Shown here in pieces: positions 1 through 9,647 of a DNA stretch of 64,000 bases (the first letter of the stretch is position 1; each line of letters opens with the position of its first letter). Position numbers and translations under genes: made by a program. The notes under the pieces were generated by a model, which was not told the origin of the DNA, did not search any database, and saw only the letters and a list, made by a program, of their open reading frames with translations. The DNA lies in NCBI GenBank assembly GCA_965197745.1, contig CBDANS010000005.1, positions 320,001 to 384,000 on the forward strand. Direction: 5' to 3'. The DNA comes from Opitutales bacterium. GTDB lineage: Bacteria; Verrucomicrobiota; Verrucomicrobiia; Opitutales; PNEW01.

Positions 1-330
1 TTTATTCAGGTCCTGGTAAACCTGTTGATGAACTCTTCAAAAGCAGTAAAAGAGACATCAAAAATACGAAAACCAATAATAAAAGTTACAGGAAAGAGGG
101 AAAATGAGAACGCGGTAATTAGTGTTTGGGATAATGGTAACGGTATAAACCCGGACGTATTGGGAAACATTTTTGATCCTTTTTTTACGACCCGAGAAGT
201 GGGCGAAGGGATGGGCCTTGGTTTAAGTATATGCCATACCATCGTGAAAAATAATGGCGGATCCATTCGGGCTATAAGTGAAGAGGGTGAATGGACGGAA
301 ATCATTACTGAATTCCCACCCGATAATTAG
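1..330 (+). CDS. Sensor histidine kinase, C-terminal HATPase domain (5' truncated by window edge)
   Basis: Frame open from base 1: QVLVNLLMNS (N box), DNGNGI (G1), IFDPFFTT (F), GMGLGLSIC (G2). Confidence 0.9.
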   Translation, partial: FIQVLVNLLMNSSKAVKETSKIRKPIIKVTGKRENENAVISVWDNGNGINPDVLGNIFDPFFTTREVGEGMGLGLSICHTIVKNNGGSIRAISEEGEWTEIITEFPPDN

Positions 331-341
331 GAACTGATTTT

Positions 342-1592
342 ATGCATCAAGGATACAATTATAAAGAGAACATCGTATTATTCGTCGACGACGAAGAAAA
401 AGCGCTGAAATATTTCCATAAAGCTTTTGATAAAGATTTTCAAATTATGACAGCGACAAGCGCTGAAGAAGGTTGGAGCATCATTGAAGAAAAAGGTGGG
501 AAAATTGCGGTTCTTATATCAGACCAACGCATGGCTGGCAAAACAGGGGTGGAGCTATTAGGGCAAGCTTTTGAGGCATATCCGGGCATCATGCGAATAC
601 TAACCACGGCCTATTCTGATTTGGACAGCGCGATTGATGCCGTCAATGAAGGGTCTATCTATCAATACGTGGTAAAACCCTGGGATACACGAGAGTTGAG
701 TGCGGTATTAAAGCGGGCTATCGAATTCTATTCAGTGCAAAAAGAACGCGATATATTATTAAAAGAAAAAATGAGTGTCGTGCAGCGATTGATCATAACT
801 GATCGGGTCCAAAGTTTTTCGGTTCTTGCTGCGGGCTTGGAGATTAACCTCAATAATACTTTAATGGCATTAGCGAGCTTTGTCGGATTTATACCGACGA
901 AACTTCAAGAGGAATGGACATATTCAGTTATAAATGACAGTCTGGGTCACTGGTTTGATTTAGGATTACTGGTAAAGGAAGAAAGTAAATCTATTCTGGG
1001 ACTGGTAAAAGAAATTGTAGCTTCCACCGAAGAAAGGAGTGCAAAAATATACGAAAAGAGAAACCTGGAAGATTTAATTAATCCGAGCGTGGAATTGGCG
1101 ACAAAACTTGCAGCTGATTCAGGCAAACGCATCGAGGTGGAATTAAGTTCTGATCTGCCCAAACTGGAAGTTCAATCTGAAATGATAGAGGAATGTTTTC
1201 GTGGATTATTAACGGGGTTGGTCTCTTTCTCTGAGCAGGGCAAAACCCTGTGTATAAGTGCCAAAGAATGCTCAAACGAGGGGGCCACCCCGGGGACATT
1301 GATCAGGGTTTATGAAAAAGGGGTTTCCTGGGATGACCGACAGATGGCGCGCTTATTTTCGGTCTTTACGCAAGATAAAGAGCCAGGCATAAGTCTCAGT
1401 CTCCTCACTGCTTTTTTCATTATCTATCACCATAGTGGCACAATTTCGATCAATCCAACATTTCAAGAAGGAGGGGGTATTGAAATTTTACTCCCTTTTG
1501 ATCCCCAAGCTGTAGAATTAAGGCAAACAGATAATGATAGTTTAGAGATACTTCTCTCGCATTTTCAGCGCTGGGACGTAGAAAGACTTTAA
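342..1592 (+). CDS. Response-regulator receiver domain fused to a degenerate histidine-kinase-like region
   Basis: REC motifs VDDE, SDQRM, TAY, KPW; C-terminal half aligns by eye with the downstream paralog but lacks the H-box His and N/G boxes. Confidence 0.85.
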   Translation: MHQGYNYKENIVLFVDDEEKALKYFHKAFDKDFQIMTATSAEEGWSIIEEKGGKIAVLISDQRMAGKTGVELLGQAFEAYPGIMRILTTAYSDLDSAIDAVNEGSIYQYVVKPWDTRELSAVLKRAIEFYSVQKERDILLKEKMSVVQRLIITDRVQSFSVLAAGLEINLNNTLMALASFVGFIPTKLQEEWTYSVINDSLGHWFDLGLLVKEESKSILGLVKEIVASTEERSAKIYEKRNLEDLINPSVELATKLAADSGKRIEVELSSDLPKLEVQSEMIEECFRGLLTGLVSFSEQGKTLCISAKECSNEGATPGTLIRVYEKGVSWDDRQMARLFSVFTQDKEPGISLSLLTAFFIIYHHSGTISINPTFQEGGGIEILLPFDPQAVELRQTDNDSLEILLSHFQRWDVERL

Positions 1593-1601
1593 TTAATTTA
1601 A

Positions 1602-2867
1602 ATGATGTTAGATACAGTTAATAAAAAGTTCGCTATTCTGTATGTAGACGATGAAGAAAAATCTCTACAAAATTTTAAGCGCGCCCTTAAAGATAAATTT
1701 AAAATTTTCACCGCGGTGAATGCGGAAGAAGGCTATCAGATATTTGAAAAGCATAATAGGGAAATAGGGCTGCTCATTACAGATCAGAGAATGCCGGGTG
1801 AAAAAGGCGTGGAATTATTAGAAAAGGCACGGCATTTACAACCCCGGGTCATCCGCATTCTCGTAACCGCTTACTCTGACATTGATGCCGCTATCGATGC
1901 GGTCAATGCAGGAGCGATATATAAATATGTCACTAAGCCGTGGGATATACGCGAACTGGAATTAACCTTAATGCGTGGTCTTGAGTTTTTTGCGGTGCTG
2001 AAAGAAAGAGATCGTCTGATGCAAGAGAAGTTTTCTGCGCTCCATAATATGGTCATTACAGACCGTGTCATCAGTCTCGGTATTCTTGCCGCGGGATTAG
2101 GTCATTATGTGCGTAACTCTATGGTTGCCGTTAGAACCTTCCTCGATTTAGCGCCGATGAGACTGAAAGAGGAAAATATTAACATAGATCATTTACAAAA
2201 TCCAAAGTTCTGGAAGGAGTTCTACGAACACGTCCAAAACCAGGTACTGAGAATTATTAAATTATTAGATGACCTCGGTATCGCTGCAGAAAATACCTCT
2301 ACTCTTCCAGATGAACAATTATCCCTGAAAGATGTAATTGAAAATGTCCAATTGAAATTAAGTGATGATCTGAAGAAAAAAGAGATAAATATAACCCGGG
2401 AATTTGCTGATGATTTGCCACTCTTGAACGTGGATAGCGTAAAGTTTCATCGTTTATTTGAGTTATTGCTTAAAGATGAATTAATAAATTTACCGTCCGG
2501 CAGTGACATTTACATCAAAGCAGAAAAAATTGATCCTGAGTACGAAGATGGATACAATGTTAAGTTGGAAATTGAAGATAATGGACCCGGTTTACCTGAA
2601 GATGAAATAAGTTCAATATTCGATCCCTTTTATTTGCGTGGAGCAGATCAGCAGGAATTTGGGATTAACCTTATGGCCTGCTATTTTATAGTGTATCACC
2701 ACGGTGGGCATATTGAAGTAAAGAGTAAGGAAGAAGAAGGCACAAAATTTATCCTCTCCTTTAAGGCAGACCATCAGGCAGTAGTAACGTTGGAGGAAGA
2801 ACGTGAATTTCTAACAAAAGTTCTGATGAATGAAAAAATGTGGGAGAAAATGCTTGCCGACTATTAA
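1602..2867 (+). CDS. Receiver domain plus histidine-kinase-like domain (hybrid)
   Basis: REC motifs VDDE, TDQRMPG, KPW; AGLGHYVRN H-box-like; DNGPG and IFDPF present, N box and G2 atypical. Confidence 0.87.
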   Translation: MMLDTVNKKFAILYVDDEEKSLQNFKRALKDKFKIFTAVNAEEGYQIFEKHNREIGLLITDQRMPGEKGVELLEKARHLQPRVIRILVTAYSDIDAAIDAVNAGAIYKYVTKPWDIRELELTLMRGLEFFAVLKERDRLMQEKFSALHNMVITDRVISLGILAAGLGHYVRNSMVAVRTFLDLAPMRLKEENINIDHLQNPKFWKEFYEHVQNQVLRIIKLLDDLGIAAENTSTLPDEQLSLKDVIENVQLKLSDDLKKKEINITREFADDLPLLNVDSVKFHRLFELLLKDELINLPSGSDIYIKAEKIDPEYEDGYNVKLEIEDNGPGLPEDEISSIFDPFYLRGADQQEFGINLMACYFIVYHHGGHIEVKSKEEEGTKFILSFKADHQAVVTLEEEREFLTKVLMNEKMWEKMLADY

Positions 2868-2954
2868 AGTTAGGAAATTTAACTTATATAAATCATTACA
2901 AGCATCTTAGTGAAATTAATTTTATAATTAGAGCTGAGAGCGTATTTCTGCGTT

Positions 2955-3122
2955 ATGATAAATTGTGAATTCTCTTCCACCGCGAGACCACCTGGACCAG
3001 GATTGGCGCTTTGTAAAAACTTACATGGGCGTATCGGCACCAAATGGGAAGAGCAGAGCGCGCTTCGTATTGGACGTCATTTTCTCTATGCACTACCCCT
3101 CATAAATTTATCTCGAAAATAA
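2955..3122 (+). pseudogene. Possible eroded HATPase C-terminal fragment (55-aa ORF)
   Basis: Manual translation gives ...GPGLALCKNLHGRIGTKWEEQSALRIGRHFLYALP..., resembling the G2 box to C-terminal strand of histidine kinases. Confidence 0.35.
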
Positions 3123-3200
3123 CATAAGAGAAAAAGATTTGTAGGACCTTATGTATTAGATGGGATATATTTGATGTGATTATACAGGGGATTCAGGAAA

Positions 3201-4382
3201 ATGGCTAAGAATGTTCATATTGCGGTAATTGGAGCGGGAGCTTTTGGCTCCTGGACCGCATTCTTCCTTTTGCAGAAGGGCGCGCGTGTCACCTTGCTCG
3301 ATTCATGGGGACCGGGAAATTCGAGATCCAGTTCAGGGGGAGATACCCGTGTGCTCAGAGCCGGTTATGGTGAAAAAACACATTATGTAGAACTGGTAGC
3401 CCGATCCTTGAAACTCTGGAAAGAATGGGAAAGTCACTGGCAGTGTAAGCTCTATCATCCAACAGGACTTCTACGCATGTATAGAGATGATGATTCCTCG
3501 ATGCAGGTTTGTCTGCCTGCCTTGAGGAAATGTAAACTGCCGGTTGAAAAACTGTCGATCGAAGCGGCTTCTAAACGATTTCCACAAGTAAGTTTTAATG
3601 CTGTAAAGCATGTCTATTATGAAGAAGAAGCGGGCTATTTACTCGCTCGTCGTTCCTGTCAAATAGTAGTTAATGGTTTTCTCCAGGCGGGAGGTGAATA
3701 CAGGCAGGCTACGGTAAACCCTGTCTCTAATCATAAGGGCGCATTTGAATCATTGGAACTTGTTGATGGCTCCCGTTTCGCAGCAGATCAGTATCTCTTT
3801 ACCTGTGGACCCTGGCTGGGGCAGCTATTCCCCGACTGGCTTGGGCCCTACATCCGGCCCAGTCGCCAGGAGGTTCATTATTTTGGGTCTCCAGCTGGCG
3901 ATCGTCGATTTCTCGAAGAACAGATGCCTGTCTGGTGTGACATTGGTGAAAAGGTATATTATGGAATTCCTGGGAATGAACACCGAGGCTTTAAAATCGC
4001 TTTTGACAAACCAGGTCCGGATTTTGATCCCACAAACGGCGATCGAATTCCCTCAGCTGAAGGCATTGCAGACGCACGTCGACAGCTGGCTGAACGCTTT
4101 CCTGAATTAGGGACGCCCCCGCTTTTAGAAGCGCGTGTCTGTCAATATGAAAATAGTCCGGATACGGATTTGATCATTGATAGACACCCAGAATTTTCAA
4201 ATCTCTGGATTGCCGGAGGAGGATCAGGACATGGCTTTAAAATGGGACCTGCAATTGGAGAGTATCTGGCTGCTCGTGTGCTCGAAGAATCACGAGGGGA
4301 GGGTATAAAATTTGATCCCATTTTTGCGATTGATCGATTCAGTGGCGCTATAAACTTTTTAAGCACGGGGGCTATAACCTGA
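3201..4382 (+). CDS. FAD-dependent amine oxidoreductase, monomeric sarcosine oxidase/SolA-like
   Basis: GAGAFG dinucleotide motif, SSGGDTRVLR, CQYENSPD, GGSGHGFKMGPAIG. Confidence 0.85.
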   Translation: MAKNVHIAVIGAGAFGSWTAFFLLQKGARVTLLDSWGPGNSRSSSGGDTRVLRAGYGEKTHYVELVARSLKLWKEWESHWQCKLYHPTGLLRMYRDDDSSMQVCLPALRKCKLPVEKLSIEAASKRFPQVSFNAVKHVYYEEEAGYLLARRSCQIVVNGFLQAGGEYRQATVNPVSNHKGAFESLELVDGSRFAADQYLFTCGPWLGQLFPDWLGPYIRPSRQEVHYFGSPAGDRRFLEEQMPVWCDIGEKVYYGIPGNEHRGFKIAFDKPGPDFDPTNGDRIPSAEGIADARRQLAERFPELGTPPLLEARVCQYENSPDTDLIIDRHPEFSNLWIAGGGSGHGFKMGPAIGEYLAARVLEESRGEGIKFDPIFAIDRFSGAINFLSTGAIT

Positions 4383-4441
4383 CTTTACAATTTACCCTTA
4401 ATAATTAAGCATTTGATAATAGCTTAAATGGAGATTCCCCA

Positions 4442-5263
4442 ATGATTAAAAAGCCCGAAACCCTGATTCATAAGGATTTTCACTATGGTGACGAGGAACA
4501 CGCGCACTATGAGAAGAAAGGTTATTTTATTTTCGATAATTTTCTTACAGGAGAAGCCATCGCTTATTGTCGCGAGCAAATGGAGCGAATGATTGGGCAA
4601 CTCTATTCCAAATTCTCACCAGACATGATGATTGGGACTCATCAATTGGGCGAACAGTGGATTTGTGATCTGGCTACAGAACCTAAATTATTAGATCTAT
4701 TAGAGCGACATATCGGACCTGATCTGGTTCTGTGGGCTTCACACCTTCTATGCAAGCAACCACAGACGGGGCGTCCAGTACCTTGGCATCAGGATGCTCC
4801 CTATTGGAATATATCGGGGCCGTTTTCGGGTAGCGTGTGGGTGCCTTTTGATGATATTGATGACGATAATGGTGCGATGGCAATCATCCCCGGTTGGCAC
4901 CATAAGGGCACATTACCAAAACTTTATAGAGATAAGGAATTTGAGGAATTTGATGAGGAAATCGATCCCAAAGTTTTACCCGAAAATATTGATGAGGTTA
5001 AAGTTAAATACATTATGCGGGCCGGGCAGATGGCCATTCATCATACGATGTTACCCCATAACTCGGTGCCAAATAGATCAGACAGATGGCATCGTGTTCT
5101 GGTTCTTCGTTATATGGTAAGCGATTGTGAAACGCATAATATGGAATATGAAGATTATAGGACGGGTGTGAAATTTCCTCGTGATTATTATTTAGTGCGA
5201 GGGCGAGATACACTCAATCAAGGCTTGAATACGGAACTTCATAAACATCCCGTGAATAACTGA
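4442..5263 (+). CDS. Phytanoyl-CoA dioxygenase (PhyH) family Fe(II)/2-oxoglutarate dioxygenase
   Basis: PWHQD (HxD), VWVPFDD..NGAM, distal His in PHNSVPNRS..R. Confidence 0.85.
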   Translation: MIKKPETLIHKDFHYGDEEHAHYEKKGYFIFDNFLTGEAIAYCREQMERMIGQLYSKFSPDMMIGTHQLGEQWICDLATEPKLLDLLERHIGPDLVLWASHLLCKQPQTGRPVPWHQDAPYWNISGPFSGSVWVPFDDIDDDNGAMAIIPGWHHKGTLPKLYRDKEFEEFDEEIDPKVLPENIDEVKVKYIMRAGQMAIHHTMLPHNSVPNRSDRWHRVLVLRYMVSDCETHNMEYEDYRTGVKFPRDYYLVRGRDTLNQGLNTELHKHPVNN

Positions 5264-5283
5264 AAATTCAAGTAATCCTGTTT

Positions 5284-6270
5284 ATGCCAAAGAAGATATT
5301 AAAGGTGGGAGAATCTTTTTGGGAAAATTTATCTCCAGGTTTTCATCATAGGCGAATAGGAACTAAAAAAGTTGGTTTTGAGAGTTATGTCTGGAAAGGT
5401 GAACCTGGCCCGGTCGTGTTAGCAAATGGAGGAACGCATGGCGATGAGTATGAAGGCCCAACTTTTTTAATGTCCCTGGTCAGATCCTGGAGGCCGAAAA
5501 AACTCCGGGGAACAGTAGTTATAGTCCCGGTATTAAACGAAGCTGCTTTTATGGCGGGGTTAAGATGTCACCCCACTGATGGGAAAAATTTGGCTCGATC
5601 ATTTCCGGGGAAACCCGGGGGGAGTCCCGTTGATCGCCTGGCTAATATATTTCTTAAAGAAGCAATACGACACAGCGATTATTATTTTGATTTTCACAGC
5701 GCGGGTGTTCTCTATGAAATCGCACCCTGGGTCGGATACATGACGCATCCGGACCGAAAAGTAAATGAAGCTCAGAAGAAGATGGCTGCCTGTTTTGACG
5801 AATACTGGTGCTGGGCAGCGCCCTATATATCCGGGCGAACAGCCAGTGCTGCTTACGAATCAAATATCCCTTTCATTTATACCGAAGGGCAAGGTGGTGG
5901 TGGTATTTTGGAGAAAGACATCAAGATCATCAAAGATGGCTTTTTTGAATTTTTAAAACGGTTTGGATTTATAAAAGGAAAGAAGAGAAAATTACGTAAT
6001 CAGAAAAAAAGAACCAGTAAGACAGCCGAGGAAACCTTTTTACAAATTCATCACAAGGCTCCGGTCACCGGAATCCTGAATCTCAGCGTGAAATTAAAGG
6101 CTGCGGTAAAGAAAGATCAAATTCTGGGATATGTAGACCCACTTGGTAATTCAAGAAGGAAAGAAGTTAAAGCAGAGATGACTGGAAAGGTTGTGTTTCT
6201 GCGCCGTAAAGCCTCGATTAAAAAAGGGGAAGCCATATTGGCGATCGCGCCAATAGCGGGAAAATTGTAA
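5284..6270 (+). CDS. Succinylglutamate desuccinylase/aspartoacylase (AstE/AspA) family deacylase
   Basis: GGTHGDEYEG, NLARSFPG, DFHS, TEGQGG; C-terminal barrel-sandwich-like segment. Confidence 0.85.
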   Translation: MPKKILKVGESFWENLSPGFHHRRIGTKKVGFESYVWKGEPGPVVLANGGTHGDEYEGPTFLMSLVRSWRPKKLRGTVVIVPVLNEAAFMAGLRCHPTDGKNLARSFPGKPGGSPVDRLANIFLKEAIRHSDYYFDFHSAGVLYEIAPWVGYMTHPDRKVNEAQKKMAACFDEYWCWAAPYISGRTASAAYESNIPFIYTEGQGGGGILEKDIKIIKDGFFEFLKRFGFIKGKKRKLRNQKKRTSKTAEETFLQIHHKAPVTGILNLSVKLKAAVKKDQILGYVDPLGNSRRKEVKAEMTGKVVFLRRKASIKKGEAILAIAPIAGKL

Positions 6271-6377
6271 GGCACCATTCAAAAATTGCTATTTCAGCTT
6301 TCCTCAGGGGAAGTCAACGCGTCGCTCGAATGGTAAAATTAACGGTTCAATTCAAGACAAGGAATTAAATACAGAAA

Positions 6378-7151
6378 ATGCCGAAAATGAATGCCTCTCT
6401 TCCTCTACAGGGGAAATCAATTATTTTAACGGGTGGAAATAATATTGGTAAAGCTATTTTGGAAACGACGGTGGCTCAGGGCGCGAGCGTCGCTGTTGGG
6501 CAACGCAATCTGAAACCTCTAAAAGTGCTGGCTGATAAATATCCCGGAAAAGTTTTTCCCTTTCAGATTGATATATCTAAATCGGAAAATTGTTACCGCT
6601 TTATTGAGGAAGCCACGGATGCTCTTGGGAAGATTGATATTCTCGTAAATAATGCGGCCATAACCGGTCCACCCGCCCTTTCCCTTTTTCTAAATAACAC
6701 TCCAGAATTTGTTGATCGCATTATAGATACTAATTTAAAAGGGCTGATCCATTGTTCTCTAGGAGCGGCAAAGCTGATGAAGAAAAAGAAAAAAGGTGTA
6801 ATCATTCATATTTCTTCGGTTCTCGCCTTTGCCGCGATGGAGGGGGGCAGTATATATTCAGCGACTAAATCAGCAATTACGGCGTTAACAAAATCAATGG
6901 CACTGGAACTTTTTAAAAATGGCATTCGCGTCGTGACCGTTGCCCCGGGTGATATCAGGGTGGATACTCAAAAGGAACAGGAAAAATTAACCCAGGCGAT
7001 CAAGGTGGACAAACGGTTTGTCAAAACAACGCCTCTTGGGCAGGGGGAGATTAACGATGTGTCCGAAGTCGTAGCTTTTTTATGCTCTGATAAAGCGAAA
7101 TTTGTGACTGGAACTACCTGGGTGACTGATGGGGGTTACTTAACCCACTAA
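6378..7151 (+). CDS. Short-chain dehydrogenase/reductase
   Basis: DILVNNA, catalytic S...YSATK, VTGTTWVTDGG; Gly-rich motif is a shortened TGGNNIG. Confidence 0.88.
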   Translation: MPKMNASLPLQGKSIILTGGNNIGKAILETTVAQGASVAVGQRNLKPLKVLADKYPGKVFPFQIDISKSENCYRFIEEATDALGKIDILVNNAAITGPPALSLFLNNTPEFVDRIIDTNLKGLIHCSLGAAKLMKKKKKGVIIHISSVLAFAAMEGGSIYSATKSAITALTKSMALELFKNGIRVVTVAPGDIRVDTQKEQEKLTQAIKVDKRFVKTTPLGQGEINDVSEVVAFLCSDKAKFVTGTTWVTDGGYLTH

Positions 7152-7236
7152 GCTATTATCTAATCTGAGCACGATGATATTCAGATTGTTCCTTAATCCT
7201 GATTAAGCCTGAGGACTTATGAAGATTAATGGTGAA

Positions 7237-8601
7237 TTAAATATTCATACCGGGTATATCGCCACTCATCCCGGGAAATTTCCCCCCTAAAGACTGCATT
7301 TTATTCAGCATTTTTTTGCCTTTAGCGCCTTTCATTTTTTTCATCATTTTACGCATCATCGTAAACTGCTTGATCAGGGCATTAACCTCACGAACTTCTA
7401 CCCCTGAACCGGCGGCAATGCGCATGCGACGTCTTCCATTTAGGAGATTCGGATTTATTCTTTCCTGGGGGGTCATGGATAGAATTATAGCTTCAGTGCG
7501 GCTAAGTTGATTTTCTTCTTTATCTCCAATTTCCACATTGTTCATCCCGGGGAGCATGTCGACAATTGATCCGAGTGAACCAAGCTTTTTGACTTGGCGA
7601 AATTGGGCGAGCATATCTTCGTAATTGAAATCTGCCTTGCGCATTTTTTCGGCCATGCGCAGAGCATCCTCTTCGTCAATAGTCTCCTGCGCTTTTTCGA
7701 CCAGAGACACGACGTCTCCCATCCCGAGGATACGAGACGCCATGCGGTCAGGATGGAACAGTTCAAACTCTGTAACTTTTTCTCCAAGTCCCATGAATTT
7801 TATGGGGACATTGGTAATCGCTTTCATGGAGAGTGCTGCGCCGCCACGCGCGTCTCCATCAAGTTTGGTCAGAACAATTCCGGTCAAACTGACCGCTTCA
7901 TTAAATGTCCTGGAAATATTAACGGCCTCCTGGCCAAGAGCGCTGTCGGCAACGAGCAGAATTTCATCCGGCACGAGGCGTTTTTTTAAAAGCATTAATT
8001 CACCGATTAAATCATCGTTTAATTGTAAGCGCCCTGCCGTATCGAAAATAATAGCATCCGCATTATTTTTCTTGGCAAAAGCAAGTCCCTTCACGGCAAT
8101 TTTCGCCACATCTTTCCCTGAAGGTTCACCGTAAAATAAGTAATTCTCATTGCGTGAAAGCGTTTCGAGTTGATCGATTGCCGCGGGACGATAAATATCA
8201 CAGGCCACGAGAAGGGGAGTATAACCCTTTTTATGCAGATACCGTGCAAGCTTAACACTGCTTGTGGTTTTACCTGAACCGTGCAAACCGATCAGCATTA
8301 TTTTTAATGGGTGTTTATCGACGAGGTCAGTGGTTCCTTCCCCCAGGAGTCGCACGAGTTCGTCGTGAATTATTTTGACGAGCATTTGCCCTGGTGTGAC
8401 CGACTGGGTTATATTTTGCCCAAGACATTCCGATGACACCCTTTCCGTAAATTCCCGGGCCACCCGGAAGTGTACATCAGCGGAAAGCAAAGAGGCCCGT
8501 ACCTCTTTTAATGTGTCCTCCATATTTTTTTCAGACAACTTGCCTACACCCCGCACATTGCGCAGAGCATTTCCCAGGCGTTCTGTTAGTGTTTCTAACA
8601 T
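7237..8601 (-). CDS. ffh: Signal recognition particle protein
   Basis: [28 protein letters not shown], Met-rich M domain. Confidence 0.97.
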   Translation of the reverse strand: MLETLTERLGNALRNVRGVGKLSEKNMEDTLKEVRASLLSADVHFRVAREFTERVSSECLGQNITQSVTPGQMLVKIIHDELVRLLGEGTTDLVDKHPLKIMLIGLHGSGKTTSSVKLARYLHKKGYTPLLVACDIYRPAAIDQLETLSRNENYLFYGEPSGKDVAKIAVKGLAFAKKNNADAIIFDTAGRLQLNDDLIGELMLLKKRLVPDEILLVADSALGQEAVNISRTFNEAVSLTGIVLTKLDGDARGGAALSMKAITNVPIKFMGLGEKVTEFELFHPDRMASRILGMGDVVSLVEKAQETIDEEDALRMAEKMRKADFNYEDMLAQFRQVKKLGSLGSIVDMLPGMNNVEIGDKEENQLSRTEAIILSMTPQERINPNLLNGRRRMRIAAGSGVEVREVNALIKQFTMMRKMMKKMKGAKGKKMLNKMQSLGGKFPGMSGDIPGMNI

Positions 8602-8634
8602 CTGTTATAGCTGGATTTTAAAAGCGGATCGTAT

Positions 8635-9177
8635 TTATTTTTTGCGGTGATCAGATTTCGTATTTCTTTTTTTTAAGAAAAATGCTTGTAACAATTCGCG
8701 ACATTCATTTTCGAAGACACCCCGTTTGATTTCGAGGTGATGATTAAAGTCGGGTAAGATATTTATATCAGTAGCGCCACCAAAGCAGCCCATTTTAAAA
8801 TCGCTTACGGCAAAGACAACCCGTGAAAGTCTCGCCATAATGGCTGCGCCTGAGCACATCGGGCAAGGCTCTTTTGTGACAAATAGCGTGGCCCCGTTTA
8901 ATCGCCAATCACCGATATGTTTACTTGCCTGGGTAATGGCCAATATTTCAGCATGCGCGGTGGGATCACTCATCGCTTCTACCTGGTTATAGGCTGAAGC
9001 TATGACTTCACCATCATGTTCAATAATGGCCCCCACAGGGACTTCATCATGATGCCACGCTTCGATAGATTGATTGTAGGCAAGTTTCATAAAAAAAATG
9101 TCATCCCGCACGAGTTGAGAAGGATAGATCTTCTGAAAGAGAGCGTGTTCGGATCCATTATGTTTATTTTCATGCAT
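8635..9177 (-). CDS. tadA: tRNA-specific adenosine deaminase
   Basis: EVPVGA, DPTAHAE, EPCPMC motifs. Confidence 0.9.
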   Translation of the reverse strand: MHENKHNGSEHALFQKIYPSQLVRDDIFFMKLAYNQSIEAWHHDEVPVGAIIEHDGEVIASAYNQVEAMSDPTAHAEILAITQASKHIGDWRLNGATLFVTKEPCPMCSGAAIMARLSRVVFAVSDFKMGCFGGATDINILPDFNHHLEIKRGVFENECRELLQAFFLKKRNTKSDHRKK

Positions 9178-9295
9178 GCAGAGTATTGTTCAATTGAATT
9201 TAATTTATTTATAAATCCTTGACTATACCTTTAAATAAAGTCTCAGATGAGATGTCAAAACCGTGTTTTAAGGGAACGCAATTTTTAAATATTTA

Positions 9296-9571
9296 ATGCC
9301 AAACGAAGAAATAGTAGAAGTCGAAGGTAAGATTGTAGCTGTTTTACCCGGAACCATGTTTCGTGTCGAGTTGGAGAATAATCATCAAGTTCTTGCTCAT
9401 ATTTCTGGTAAATTGCGAAAGAATTTTATCAAAATTACAGTGGGTGACACGGTAAAAATGGAAATGAGCCCCTATGATCTTGAAAAGGCGCGCATCGTAT
9501 ATCGCCTGCGCAATGCTTCTGCTCAGCGCAACCGGCCCATTCGCAGTTACGGACCTCGTCGAAAAAAATAG
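9296..9571 (+). CDS. infA: Translation initiation factor IF-1, with basic C-terminal extension
   Basis: [23 protein letters not shown]. Confidence 0.96.
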   Translation: MPNEEIVEVEGKIVAVLPGTMFRVELENNHQVLAHISGKLRKNFIKITVGDTVKMEMSPYDLEKARIVYRLRNASAQRNRPIRSYGPRRKK

Positions 9572-9647
9572 GCTGATTAAATACCCTTATTTGAAATAAA
9601 GGGATGGTTCCCCTTTTAAGTTAAAGTTCCTCGGATATTAAATTCGT

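Noticed and set aside
4442..6270. Ectoine hydroxylase (ectD) plus doeB ectoine pathway
   Set aside because: Family-level resemblance only; the EctD signature (WHSDFETWH) is absent and no doeA or ectABC genes are present
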